Below are positions 48,655 to 58,636 of a stretch of DNA of 64,000 nt, piece after piece. A model generated the notes under the pieces. The model was not told the DNA's origin and ran no database searches. It saw nothing but the letters and a program-made list of their open reading frames with translations. Numbering within the stretch: the stretch's first letter is position 1; each line of letters begins with the position of its first letter. This stretch comes from Candidatus Latescibacterota bacterium (GTDB lineage Bacteria; Latescibacterota; UBA2968; UBA8231). Both the position numbers and the translations under genes were made by a program. The DNA lies in NCBI GenBank assembly GCA_965208105.1, contig OZ242318.1, positions 352,001 through 416,000 on the forward strand, in the 5' to 3' direction.

Positions 48655-48682
48655 ATTATCTAGAACAGGCATTATCAGTAGT
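48655..48682. other. possible third recombinase-binding site
   Basis: ATTATCTAGAA-CAGGCA-TTATCAGTAGT, 11-6-11 with partial dyad. Confidence 0.35.
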
Positions 48683-48718
48683 TTGATTTTGCAGTGGCAG
48701 CCGGGGGAAATCAGCATT

Positions 48719-48746
48719 TGTTTACATAGTTTTTATTATGCGATCA
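48719..48746 (-). other. dif-like recombination site (right, inverted)
   Basis: minus strand TGATCGCATAA-TAAAAA-CTATGTAAACA. Confidence 0.65.
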
Positions 48747-48761
48747 AGTGCCGGGTCCCGC

Positions 48762-50573
48762 TCATGATCTGCCAAACATCCGATCCAACCTTTTTATTGG
48801 CACCTTCAGCATTATCGGCCTGCCATGGGGACACACAAAGGGTTCGCGGGCATTCAGAAGTTGGTGAATAATATTCTGCATCTCGTTTTCCGTGAGCTTT
48901 TGGCCGGCGCGGATGGAGGTGTGGCAGGCATAAGAGGCAGCCACTGCTTCCTGCAAGCTGTCCCTCTCTTCTTTTTCTTCCAGAAGTTCGTTGACGATTT
49001 TGTGGAAGATGTCTCCTTCTCCCCAGTCGGTCAAATTGCTTGGAATTGCATCGACAATTACTGTCCCGGGCCCAAAATCGCGGATCCCGAATCCCAATCT
49101 TTCAAATAACTCCCGCGCCTCCCGAATAACCTCCATTTCCAGGGCATTTGCATTGACTGTCAGAGGAAAGAGAAGTTGTTGGGAGGCAACCCCTTCCTCG
49201 GCAAAACACCGAAGAGCTTCCTCGTAGCGAATTCTCTCATGGGCTACGTGCTGGTCAATTATGACAACCCCATCCTCGATGGGTGAAAAAATATACTTTC
49301 TATGCAACTGCCAAAGCGCCGGAGCCGATTCGAGTTTTTTCAGGGAATTTAGATTGCTTTGCCCCTCCCGGCTGGTCCTTTCCAATCCCTCCGCCCCAAA
49401 ATCCGAAGGCTCCCGAAGAGATGGGGAGATCCGGTCAAGATGAGGCCGATCTTCTTTCGGATAATCAACTTCCAGGGTGTGAGCACCCTTCTCCTCTCCT
49501 GGAGGAAAGCTCATTCCCGGAGACTCCCCGATGGTGACGGGTTGATCCTCGGGCTCGTGTTGACGGTAAGACTGAAAACCGGTTTCAGGTCCATGTAGAG
49601 AACGCCGCACAGTCTCTTCTATGGCCTTGCTTACCCTTCTTTCATCGGCAAAGCGAACTTCCCTCTTTGTCGGATGTACGTTCACGTCGATCTTCCGCGG
49701 GTCCAGTTCGATCCATATTACGAAGGAAGGATGGCGGTCCCTGGGCAGCAATCCTCCATAACCTCGATAGACGGCCTGGCTGAGGGGACGGGAAGTTATC
49801 GGCCGTCCCCGCACGACCAGGAACTGCTTCGCCTTCGAACCTGTGCAAGCCGCCGGTAGGGAAAGAAATGCCTCGACGCCGATTCCATCATCATCTCCCC
49901 GGGCATGAAGCAGGGATTCGGCCGTGGGGCCCAATATTTCCTCCGCTCTCCCCTTTTGGCCGTTTGAAGCCGATAAATCGAGGATTTGCCGCTCTTCGTG
50001 TACCAGCCTGAATCCTGTCCGGGGATACGCTACAGCCAACCGCACCACAGCCTGGGTTATGTGGCGAGTTTCCGTTTCTATCCGCCGCAGGAATTTTCTC
50101 CGCGCCGGTGTGTTGAAGAAGATATTGCGCACCGACACAGTGGTACCTCGAGCCCGGCCGATTGAAACAGGGTCCCTGCGAATCCCTCCCTCGACAGCGA
50201 GGCGGGTGCCTTCCAGGGCTCCGGCTGCCCGTGTTTCGATGGTCATGCGGGAAATTGCGCCAATGCTGGCCAATGCCTCCCCTCTGAAACCCAGGGTGGC
50301 GATGGCGAACAGGTCAGAAGGAGAGGACAATTTGCTGGTGGAGTGGCGCTCAATGCATATTTCGAGGTCTTCCGGGGACATTCCCACCCCATCGTCCACA
50401 ATAGTTATGGACTGCCTGCCGCCTGCGACTACCTCGATGTGAACATGCCTGGCTTGTGCGTCGATGGCGTTCTCTACCAATTCCTTGACCACCGAAGCAG
50501 GCCTGTCGATTACTTCGCCCGCGGAGATTTTTTGAATCAAGTTTTCCGATAGTTTGTGAATTTTCACGGACAT
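48762..50573 (-). CDS. mutL: DNA mismatch repair endonuclease MutL
   Basis: AGEVIDRPASVVKEL, GFRGEAL, DVNVHPTK, DQHVAHER, CPHGRP. Confidence 0.97.
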   Translation of the reverse strand: MSVKIHKLSENLIQKISAGEVIDRPASVVKELVENAIDAQARHVHIEVVAGGRQSITIVDDGVGMSPEDLEICIERHSTSKLSSPSDLFAIATLGFRGEALASIGAISRMTIETRAAGALEGTRLAVEGGIRRDPVSIGRARGTTVSVRNIFFNTPARRKFLRRIETETRHITQAVVRLAVAYPRTGFRLVHEERQILDLSASNGQKGRAEEILGPTAESLLHARGDDDGIGVEAFLSLPAACTGSKAKQFLVVRGRPITSRPLSQAVYRGYGGLLPRDRHPSFVIWIELDPRKIDVNVHPTKREVRFADERRVSKAIEETVRRSLHGPETGFQSYRQHEPEDQPVTIGESPGMSFPPGEEKGAHTLEVDYPKEDRPHLDRISPSLREPSDFGAEGLERTSREGQSNLNSLKKLESAPALWQLHRKYIFSPIEDGVVIIDQHVAHERIRYEEALRCFAEEGVASQQLLFPLTVNANALEMEVIREARELFERLGFGIRDFGPGTVIVDAIPSNLTDWGEGDIFHKIVNELLEEKEERDSLQEAVAASYACHTSIRAGQKLTENEMQNIIHQLLNAREPFVCPHGRPIMLKVPIKRLDRMFGRS

Positions 50574-50603
50574 TCGGCGAGACTCCACCTTAAAACGGGT
50601 GGT

Positions 50604-51515
50604 TCAGCTGATTTTTACCTCCGGTCTGGCGATTTCCTTGCCCAATCGCGCTGCCTGGTGAATCCAATGGGCCCAATAGAGCCCTTCCAGGGCTTCCTCT
50701 CCGCTCCAGACCGGCCTCCGTCCATGCGAAATACATTCGATGAAGTCCTCGTACTGAAGGCGAAGACCTTCCGGATTCTCTCCCCAGCCGTTATGGAATT
50801 TCATCGTGCCGTGGCGTCCGTACACCTGGAGGGAGACCTCGTTTTGCTCCCCCAGCCCATTTATTTGAACGATTCCTTCCAACCCGCTTTTAAACCACAG
50901 CTGGGCTACCGCGACATCTTCGGCGGGCCGATTCAAGCCCAGGCTTCGAGAATGGGCATATAGTGAATCCAAGGGGCCCAGGTGCCTTCCTATCAAGCTC
51001 AGGTATTCTAGACCATGGAGGAGAATCACTCCTTCTTTTTTGTTTCTCAGGCACTGCCTGGATACGGAAACTTTGAGGTCGAGAAATAGAAGTGGACCAA
51101 TGGTCTGCTCCTCCAGCAACCGGCGCATTTCCGCTTCGAGGGCGGATGACAGGTGCCTGGCTCTGACAGCCAGTTCAACTCCGGCAGAAGAACAGGAATT
51201 CACCACCTCGGAGGCTTGGGAAAAAGTCGCAGCGAAGGGCGACTCGCTGAATACGTGCTTTCCACTCGCCGCGGCCTGAATTATCCAGTAATTCCGTTGT
51301 GGCAAGGAGGTGCAAACAAGCACTGCCTGCACATCGGAGTGGTTTACCGCCTCGGCGTGGTCACCCAGGAGCAATTCCTGCGGCAATCCGCAATCGGAGG
51401 CATTTTCCTCCAGGGAGCATCCGACGAGCCTGGTGCCCTCCAGGCCTTCGAGTGCGGCCAGGTGGTTGTCCAGGCAACATTGCCCCAGGACAGCTAGGCC
51501 GACTGCCGCTCCCAA
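50604..51515 (-). CDS. divergent Gfo/Idh/MocA family oxidoreductase
   Basis: AAASGKHVFSESP, AED.A.A...F.SG..G, EDFIECI..GRRP. Confidence 0.75.
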   Translation of the reverse strand: MGAAVGLAVLGQCCLDNHLAALEGLEGTRLVGCSLEENASDCGLPQELLLGDHAEAVNHSDVQAVLVCTSLPQRNYWIIQAAASGKHVFSESPFAATFSQASEVVNSCSSAGVELAVRARHLSSALEAEMRRLLEEQTIGPLLFLDLKVSVSRQCLRNKKEGVILLHGLEYLSLIGRHLGPLDSLYAHSRSLGLNRPAEDVAVAQLWFKSGLEGIVQINGLGEQNEVSLQVYGRHGTMKFHNGWGENPEGLRLQYEDFIECISHGRRPVWSGEEALEGLYWAHWIHQAARLGKEIARPEVKIS

Positions 51516-51524
51516 TGGCCCTAC

Positions 51525-52472
51525 CTACCTTTTCCCGGAAGCCTTCTGCTGCATGGTGCGGATCAGCCGGTTGTCGAATTCACGCGCCGAGTGATATCCC
51601 TTGATGCGCAGCAGGTAGTTCTGGGCGATGGTCTCGATTATAACCGTTATGTTCTTCCCAGGGAACAAGGGGACCGTAATTTCTGGAAGCTCAACCCCGA
51701 GGATAACTGCGATTTTATCGTCCAGGCCGATCCGCTCGTAGCCAACCTCCTCATCCCAGTCAACCAAGTGCACGATCACTTCGACCCGCTTTTGTTGCCG
51801 GGTCGCCCTGACCCCGAATAAGCGCTGCAAATCCAGAATGCCCACTCCCCTGATCTCAATGTGATCCTGAAGGATTTCAGTGCTGTGACCCACCAGGATT
51901 CCCTGCGCCATACGAGTGATTACAACCGTATCGTCGGCTACCAGCCGATGGCCCCGTTCTACCAGATCAAGGGCCACTTCACTTTTTCCAATGGCGCTCC
52001 TGCCTGTAAAAAGCAGTCCTATGCCGTGCACATCGACCAAGGTTCCGTGGAGGGTGACCTGCGGAGCGAATTTTGCATCGAGGTGAAAATGCAGCAGGCG
52101 AACCAGCTTCGGGGTATTGAATTCGGATTTCAACAAGGGGATATCATATCTATCCGCCAGTTCTCGCAATTCGGGCAGCATGCGCCCTCTTCCCGTTATT
52201 ACCACACAAGGTATATCGAATTGGAAGATGACCTGGAGGGCTTGGCTGCGCCGTTCCTTTGGCAGGCTGCGCAGGTACTCGATCTCGTGATTGCCCAGAA
52301 GTTGCACCAGATTGATCGTGAACAAATCGACGAACCCTGATAGAGCCAGCGCTGGACGATTGGTGTCCGCGCTATTTATCGTGCGATCCAATCCCCGCTC
52401 GCCGGCAATGAGGCGCAGGCCCAAAAGCCGTTCGTAGTTTTTCAACAGATTTCGTATGGAAATTTCGTTCAT
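51525..52472 (-). CDS. hprK: HPr(Ser) kinase/phosphatase
   Basis: NRPALALSGF, G.SAIGKSE.ALDLVERGHRLVADD, EIRGVGI. Confidence 0.96.
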   Translation of the reverse strand: MNEISIRNLLKNYERLLGLRLIAGERGLDRTINSADTNRPALALSGFVDLFTINLVQLLGNHEIEYLRSLPKERRSQALQVIFQFDIPCVVITGRGRMLPELRELADRYDIPLLKSEFNTPKLVRLLHFHLDAKFAPQVTLHGTLVDVHGIGLLFTGRSAIGKSEVALDLVERGHRLVADDTVVITRMAQGILVGHSTEILQDHIEIRGVGILDLQRLFGVRATRQQKRVEVIVHLVDWDEEVGYERIGLDDKIAVILGVELPEITVPLFPGKNITVIIETIAQNYLLRIKGYHSAREFDNRLIRTMQQKASGKR

Positions 52473-53374
52473 GGCTGTTGCGACAGGTTTTCCATAATGC
52501 GCTGGTACCCTGTGTAGCGAGTGGGAGAAATCTCCCCCCGCCCGACCGCCGAGCGAATGGCACATCCAGGCTCGCTCAAATGCCTGCAATTCCTGAATTG
52601 ACAATTCATTGCCAGGGGTTTCATTTCGACGAAGTAATCAACCAGGGAAGAACAATCGACATCCCAAAGCCCCATCTCCTTGATGCCGGGTGTGTCAGCC
52701 ACATAACCACCCACCTGCAATCGGTGCAACTGCACCGCCGTGGTCGTATGGCGACCACGTCTATGCCTGATCATGATTCCGTGTGTTTTAATGGAAAGGC
52801 GGGGATCTACCCGGTTCAACAGTGATGATTTCCCTACTCCAGACTGACCAGCAACCGCTGAAATCCTGCCCTCGAGCACGGCCTTGAACTCCTCCATGCC
52901 TTCTCCTGTCACGGCGCTGGTGCAGCAGACCCGGTATCCCAGGTCCCGATAGACCCTTGCTATGGCGTCACTCTCATCCTCGCTGTCCAGGTCGATTTTG
53001 TTGAAACAAATGATGGGCTCCATCCCCCCCTTAAGCGCCATGACCATGGACCGGTCGACAAACCCAAGCCTGAGAGGCGGGCTATGGAGGGATGCCACTA
53101 CAACCAGCTGGTCGAGGTTGGCGGCCAGGACCTGCTCGCACGACCTCAGCCCGGTGGCCAGGCGAGAAAACTTGGATTTGCGGGGACGCACCTCCTCGAG
53201 CACCCCCGTGTGATGCTTCACCTGTTTTACCCTGACCAAATCTCCCACTACAACAGGGGTAGTAGCCGTCCGGGCTCCCCTCTTCAGCCTTCCGCGCAAC
53301 TCGCACTGCCAGAGATCATCACCGACCTCCACCAGGTGTTGCATGCCCGACACTCGAATCACTCGCCCAATCAT
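52469..53374 (-). CDS. rsgA: ribosome small subunit-dependent GTPase A
   Basis: VVGD.V, NKID, GQSGVGKSS, GRHTTT, DTPG, CQFRNC.H..EPGC. Confidence 0.96.
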   Translation of the reverse strand: MIGRVIRVSGMQHLVEVGDDLWQCELRGRLKRGARTATTPVVVGDLVRVKQVKHHTGVLEEVRPRKSKFSRLATGLRSCEQVLAANLDQLVVVASLHSPPLRLGFVDRSMVMALKGGMEPIICFNKIDLDSEDESDAIARVYRDLGYRVCCTSAVTGEGMEEFKAVLEGRISAVAGQSGVGKSSLLNRVDPRLSIKTHGIMIRHRRGRHTTTAVQLHRLQVGGYVADTPGIKEMGLWDVDCSSLVDYFVEMKPLAMNCQFRNCRHLSEPGCAIRSAVGRGEISPTRYTGYQRIMENLSQQP

Positions 53375-53387
53375 TGAATGAGCAGGC

Positions 53388-54110
53388 TCACTCTCCCTTT
53401 TCCAACCTCTCAGCAAGATAGTCCAGGCCGCCGGCTTCGTTGAGTTTTTTCTGGGTTACCTTCACAGGGTATTCCACAGCGTGGAGAAAGACGCACTCGA
53501 GGTCGACGTCCCATATGGCGAAAGCGGCCCGCTCGTCTCCGTTCCTCGGCTGGCCGACACTGCCGGGATTGACCAGGTACTTGTGAGAGCCGATGGCTAC
53601 TTTGGAAGATGTCAAAGGAAAGACCTGGCCGTCCGACTTACAATAAATTCCCGGGTGGTGGGTATGGCCCACAAATCCAATTCGCCAATCGAGACGCTCC
53701 ATACACCAAACTACCTGATCGTAGAGAAACAGGTGGTCCCACTCCTCTGGTTTTACCGGGTTGGCGTGTGAAAAAACGGCTCCAAATTCAACCCTGCGAA
53801 AGGGGTGGGAGGAAAGGAAGTCCAATTCACCGGTGGATAGGCATTCCTTCGAGTGCAGGATCGATTCCCTGGCCATGGGATTCAGGGTCTTCAGGTGTCT
53901 GGGATCTACCATGGCCTGGTCGTGATTGCCAAGGACGCAAGCAGCCTCGACTTCCCTGAGACGATGGATACAGGCCACCGGATCAACACCATAGCCAACA
54001 ATGTCTCCCAGGCAAATAAACCTGTCGACCTTTTCCTTTTCCGACCTGATCAGAACGGCTTCCAAGGCCTCTAAATTGGCGTGAATATCAGCGATAATCG
54101 CCAATTTCAT
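53388..54110 (-). CDS. metallophosphoesterase family protein
   Basis: DIHAN, GDIVGYG, GNHD, GHTH, NPGSVGQPR. Confidence 0.93.
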   Translation of the reverse strand: MKLAIIADIHANLEALEAVLIRSEKEKVDRFICLGDIVGYGVDPVACIHRLREVEAACVLGNHDQAMVDPRHLKTLNPMARESILHSKECLSTGELDFLSSHPFRRVEFGAVFSHANPVKPEEWDHLFLYDQVVWCMERLDWRIGFVGHTHHPGIYCKSDGQVFPLTSSKVAIGSHKYLVNPGSVGQPRNGDERAAFAIWDVDLECVFLHAVEYPVKVTQKKLNEAGGLDYLAERLEKGE

Positions 54111-54243
54111 TTTGGATGCTCCATAGTAGATAGGAGAAAAGAAGCCTTCAGACCATTTGAATCATGGATTCAATTCTGAATACTCTTGCAAGGTCCGGCG
54201 TCTTCCTTTCCCGATGGAGAGGCATCAGCCCTCGGACGGGACC

Positions 54244-54912
54244 TCAAAGCATTCCGGCAAGGTCTTTCGCCCTTCTCGCTACAGGAGACTCGGAAAAATC
54301 CTTTGTAATTCGGACCAGGATTTCTTTCTGATTGGCCACGTCTCCAACTGCTCCAAAGCAACGCGCGGCTTCAAAAAGAGCCAGAGAGGCTTGCATGGTG
54401 GCGGCATGAGCTTCTGCATATTCCTGGTACAACTTGGCAGCGCGTTGGAATTCTCCCTCAGCCTCCAGGCAGGCGGCTACTCCGCTCCAGGCAGCGAAGA
54501 CCAGGACGTCCAGTGGTTCATAATCATCGAGGTAGGACTGGTAGAGCCGTTGGGCATCGGCGAAGCGTCCCAGAGCAAAGTATCGGTTTGCAAGCAACAA
54601 GGTGCCCTGGGCGGCGGCTGGAGTGCCGGCGTACTCTGCAATTAGCAGTTCGCACAGGCGTATGACCTCGTCAGCCTGCCGATTACCATCTGCGACTATG
54701 GCATCTCCCAATAACGCGCTGGCCTCGACCCTGGCTTCTCTTTGTGAGGAAAGGATGAAATTGATGGACAAGATAACGATGACTACGAAGATTCCTGCCG
54801 CTATAACCAACTGACTGTTCTTCCTGACAAATTCTGCAGCAGACATGGCCCACTCTACGAAGCGATCTTCTTTCAGCTCTTCCTTTGAAAGTTTTTTATT
54901 TGCCTTTGACAT
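54244..54912 (-). CDS. membrane-anchored TPR protein (YfgM-like)
   Basis: KEELKEDRF, one TM, TPR repeats. Confidence 0.8.
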   Translation of the reverse strand: MSKANKKLSKEELKEDRFVEWAMSAAEFVRKNSQLVIAAGIFVVIVILSINFILSSQREARVEASALLGDAIVADGNRQADEVIRLCELLIAEYAGTPAAAQGTLLLANRYFALGRFADAQRLYQSYLDDYEPLDVLVFAAWSGVAACLEAEGEFQRAAKLYQEYAEAHAATMQASLALFEAARCFGAVGDVANQKEILVRITKDFSESPVARRAKDLAGML

Positions 54913-54941
54913 AAATGGAATGTCTCCTTTTATGAACGGGC

Positions 54942-55469
54942 TCAATACCGGATGAGTGCTTCGACGCGAAATCCGTTCAAGTTCTGCCTGCCATTCAGAA
55001 ACTCCAATTCTACCAGGAAATTCAGTCCCACGACCTGGGCCCCGATTCGGTCCAGGAGCTGGCATGTAGCCCGGGCGGTACCTCCAGTAGCCAGCACGTC
55101 GTCGACCACCAGGACTCTCTGTCCCTTCCGAATGGCATCCTGGTGGATCTCGACGGCATTATTGCCATACTCGAGTTCGTACTCTTCACAAATTGTGGGA
55201 GCAGGCAATTTTCCCGCCTTGCGTATCGGCACGAAACCACATCCCAGTTCCACAGCCAGAGGGGCGGCCAGAATGAAGCCTCGCGCTTCAATGCCAGCGA
55301 CAAGGTCTATACGCGCGTCCGAGAAAGAGGCGAGCATGGCATCCACAGCCGTTCTGAGGCCCTTCCCGTCCTTGAGCAGGGTGGTAATATCCTTGAACCC
55401 GATTCCAGGTTTTGGAAAATCGGCAACTTCCCGTATTAGATCTTTAAGATAGGAAACAGAATCGGCCAA
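54942..55469 (-). CDS. apt: adenine phosphoribosyltransferase
   Basis: DFPKPGI.FKDITTLL, EARGF, RKAGKLP, VDDVLATGGT. Confidence 0.97.
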   Translation of the reverse strand: MADSVSYLKDLIREVADFPKPGIGFKDITTLLKDGKGLRTAVDAMLASFSDARIDLVAGIEARGFILAAPLAVELGCGFVPIRKAGKLPAPTICEEYELEYGNNAVEIHQDAIRKGQRVLVVDDVLATGGTARATCQLLDRIGAQVVGLNFLVELEFLNGRQNLNGFRVEALIRY

Positions 55470-55516
55470 GAGTCCCTGCTTGTTTGTGGCAAAGCCCCAG
55501 AAATTGATCGATCATC

Positions 55517-55683
55517 CTGATGTCCCGCTGCAGAGACATGCCGCCATTTTCCGCCGGTCCATCCCGGGTCGCGGTGTTGTCATCACTCGCCGTGCATCAA
55601 TGGCAAGGCTCGCCTGGGCGACTGGTGAGCAGGCCGCCTCTGCGGTCCCATTTTGTCAACCAATCTCTGCTACGGGGCACCAG
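55517..55683 (-). mobile_element. MITE copy 3 (degenerate, inverted)
   Basis: reverse complement CTGGTGCCCCGTAGCAGAGATTGGTTGAC...TCTGCAGCGGGACATCAG aligns end-to-end with 40924-41091. Confidence 0.8.
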
Positions 55684-55868
55684 CCCTGATGGAAATCTAC
55701 GTCCTTCGTTCGATAGGATTTTGAATCCGCGCCATGGCCCAGGCACGGTCCACGGCGGCAGCCGGGGATCGATGCCATTGCCCTACCTTTTTGAAATATA
55801 GGAAGTTAGCAACTTCTGGCAAGTCTGGCCAGGCTGGCTCGTGCGGTCACCAGGAGAAGAGCATGATG

Positions 55869-57059
55869 CTAAATTTTTTTCAGAGCCTGGTCGATATCTG
55901 CGAGTAGCTCATCCTCATCTTCAATCCCTACCGCATACCGCACGAGTTCGTCCTTGATCCCGATGGCCAATCGTTCCTCCCTGCTCAGATCATAATATGA
56001 AACCGATGCCGGGTGAGAGACCAGGGTCTCAACTCCACCCAGGCTTGGGGCCAGGTAGGGAATCTTCAATGCATGAACGAAGTTCCGCGTGCGGTCCAGG
56101 TCACCGTCGATGTCGAAACTGACTACTCCACCATATCCGCCCATTTGCTCCTTGGCCACCTTGTGATCGGGATGGCTTTCAAGACCCGGATAGTATACTT
56201 GCTTCACCTTTTCGTGGTTTTCCAAATAGCGGGCGACTTTTTGCGCTGTCCTGTTTTGGCGGGCAACGCGCAAAGCCAGGGTTTTCATCCCCCTTATCAA
56301 TAGATAGGCCGCGTGGGGATCGACCACGGACCCCAGAACTCCTTGAAACTCCTTCAGAGCTTCTATGGTAGGGGTAGATCCGCAAACCGCGCCAGCCATA
56401 AGGTCATTATGTCCTCCCAGGTACTTGGTAGCGCTGTGGACAACCAGGTCGGCACCAAATTCCAAAGGTTTTTGGTTGATGGGCGTAGCGAAGGTGCTGT
56501 CGATGATCACCTTGAGCCGGTTCTTCCTCGCCCAGGGCACTAATTGCACGAGGTCGACGACGTGCAGGTGTGGATTGGTAGGTGATTCCGTCAGGAGAAT
56601 TCGGGTTTCGGGGCGAAGAGCAGCTTGCACTTCATCAAAGTCGCCGGGTTTCACAAAAGTGCTCTCAACACCGAACTTGCTGAAAATTTTGCAGAATTGA
56701 GTTGTCTTTCGATAGCAGTCTTCCATTACGATCAGATGCTGACCACTTCTCAGCATGGCCAACAACACAGTCGTTACCGCACTCATTCCAGTTGGAAACA
56801 AAAGGGCATCCTGCGCCCCTTCCAGCGCAGCGATTTTCAGTTCCGCTACCCTCTGGGTGGGATTGCCATACCTACCGTATTCGAAATGCCCCTTCTTCCC
56901 CGAGGATATATACGCCTCAACCTCGTCGAGGTCTTCGAATATGTAGGTTGCAGTCTGGGCGATGGGATTAACCAGGGACTTGGCGAACTTGATCCTATCC
57001 TCCCCACCGTGCACCGCCCGGGTGGATTGGCTGGCAGAGTTAGCTTTTTCACTACACAT
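55869..57059 (-). CDS. metB: cystathionine gamma-synthase (PLP trans-sulfuration enzyme)
   Basis: [34 protein letters not shown]. Confidence 0.85.
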   Translation of the reverse strand: MCSEKANSASQSTRAVHGGEDRIKFAKSLVNPIAQTATYIFEDLDEVEAYISSGKKGHFEYGRYGNPTQRVAELKIAALEGAQDALLFPTGMSAVTTVLLAMLRSGQHLIVMEDCYRKTTQFCKIFSKFGVESTFVKPGDFDEVQAALRPETRILLTESPTNPHLHVVDLVQLVPWARKNRLKVIIDSTFATPINQKPLEFGADLVVHSATKYLGGHNDLMAGAVCGSTPTIEALKEFQGVLGSVVDPHAAYLLIRGMKTLALRVARQNRTAQKVARYLENHEKVKQVYYPGLESHPDHKVAKEQMGGYGGVVSFDIDGDLDRTRNFVHALKIPYLAPSLGGVETLVSHPASVSYYDLSREERLAIGIKDELVRYAVGIEDEDELLADIDQALKKI

Positions 57060-57099
57060 GAGAGTATCTTTCTATGATTCGCAATGAATGTTGAAAAGC

Positions 57100-58446
57100 C
57101 TATGCAAAATATTCATCGACAAGCCTCAACACGGCGCTTCGTACATTCTCGTAATGGGCATCCATTTCAAAAGGTTTGTTGGGATGGCGGGACTCGACCC
57201 CGTGCCCCCCGAGCTCTTTGCGGTGGTAGCTCGTCTTGAAGTCGGTGAATTTCAGCCCGTGGGCCGTCGAAACGACGATCACCTTGCTGTCCGCGGCGAT
57301 TACCTTCCTCTCAACTAACTTGAAAAGAGTGGCCAGGGCTACGCCGGTGTGCGGGCAAGTGAATAAGCCGGTACGGTCGGCAAGGGCAGATGCATTGGCG
57401 AGTTCATCCTCGGTAGCTTGCTCGACGACTCCATTGAACCTCCTCAGTGTCCTGATCGCCCGTTCCCAGCTTACCGGGGCCCCGATCTGAATAGCACTTG
57501 CCAGGGTAGAGCGGGCTTTCTGGGGTTCAAACCCCTCAAAGCCATTGAGGTAGCTCAGGTACAAGGGATTTGCATTGGCAGCCTGAGCCACAGCTATGCG
57601 TGGAAGGTGGTCTATAATTCCCATCTCCTCCATTTCCAGGAACCCTTTTCCAAGTGCGCTCACATTGCCCAGGTTCCCTCCGGGAATGACAATCCAATCC
57701 GGAACTTCCCAGTTGTCCTGTTGTTGTACCAACTCAATGGCAAGCGTCTTCTGCCCTTCGATCCTCAAAGAGTTCATCGAGTTCGCCAGGTAGATATTCT
57801 CTCTGTGGCTTATCTCAGTCGCCAGATTCATGCAGCCGTCGAAGTCCGTATTCAAAGACAGGGTCAGGGCGCCGTTAGCTATGGGCTGCACAAGCTGGTG
57901 CTGCGTTACCTTTTCTCTGGGAAGAAATACGATAGAGGGAATCCCTGCAGCAGCACAATAGGCGGCCAGTGCAGCAGAAGTGTCTCCGGTAGATGCACAG
58001 GCAACGGCCGGAATGTTCTGGCCATCCGCGATCATCTGCTTTACCATCGAGACCAGGACGGTCATACCCAGATCCTTGAACGAACCGGTATGGCTGTTGC
58101 CACACTGCTTGATCCACAGGTCTTCCATGCCGATCTGCCGTCCCAATCGCTCCGCCCAGAAAAGGTTGCTGCCTCCCTCTAAAATGGAAACCACGTTGTC
58201 ATTATCAACATGGGGACAGACCATTTCCTTCTTGCCCCAGACCGAGCTTCCATAGGGGTATTCCGTGCGCATATAACGCAGGTTGAATAGTTTTTTCCAG
58301 GAATCGGGAGGCTTCCTGCACAAAGCATTCATATCGTGACGCACCTCGAGGAGCCCCCTGCAATGCTTGCATTCGTAGACAACCTCGTCCAGGGGGTAGC
58401 GTTCGTCCTCACAACTCAGGCACTGGAACCAAGCCTTGTAGACCAT
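57100..58446 (-). CDS. thrC: threonine synthase
   Basis: HTGSFKDLG, CASTGDTSA, NSMNSLR.EGQKT, PGGNLGN, TAHGLKF. Confidence 0.95.
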   Translation of the reverse strand: MVYKAWFQCLSCEDERYPLDEVVYECKHCRGLLEVRHDMNALCRKPPDSWKKLFNLRYMRTEYPYGSSVWGKKEMVCPHVDNDNVVSILEGGSNLFWAERLGRQIGMEDLWIKQCGNSHTGSFKDLGMTVLVSMVKQMIADGQNIPAVACASTGDTSAALAAYCAAAGIPSIVFLPREKVTQHQLVQPIANGALTLSLNTDFDGCMNLATEISHRENIYLANSMNSLRIEGQKTLAIELVQQQDNWEVPDWIVIPGGNLGNVSALGKGFLEMEEMGIIDHLPRIAVAQAANANPLYLSYLNGFEGFEPQKARSTLASAIQIGAPVSWERAIRTLRRFNGVVEQATEDELANASALADRTGLFTCPHTGVALATLFKLVERKVIAADSKVIVVSTAHGLKFTDFKTSYHRKELGGHGVESRHPNKPFEMDAHYENVRSAVLRLVDEYFA

Positions 58447-58636
58447 TTCCAATCCACAGGAGACCTTGCTGATCCAACCCCGTATTTCCAATGGGCCTGG
58501 CGGCGCTGGAGGAGGCGAGCAGCAAAGACATGGTATGCGCTACGAGCGACATTGCCTTCAGCATAGGGGCAGTATTCAACTTCAAACGCCGTTCAAAAAA
58601 TTTGGATGGAAAACAGGCTTCCTTGCCGCCACCAAC

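Noticed and set aside
58447-58636. SAM riboswitch, T-box or Thr/Met leader peptide upstream of thrC-metB
   Set aside because: No SAM-I or T-box consensus; the short ORF there is not enriched in Thr/Ile codons and no attenuator hairpin is evident.
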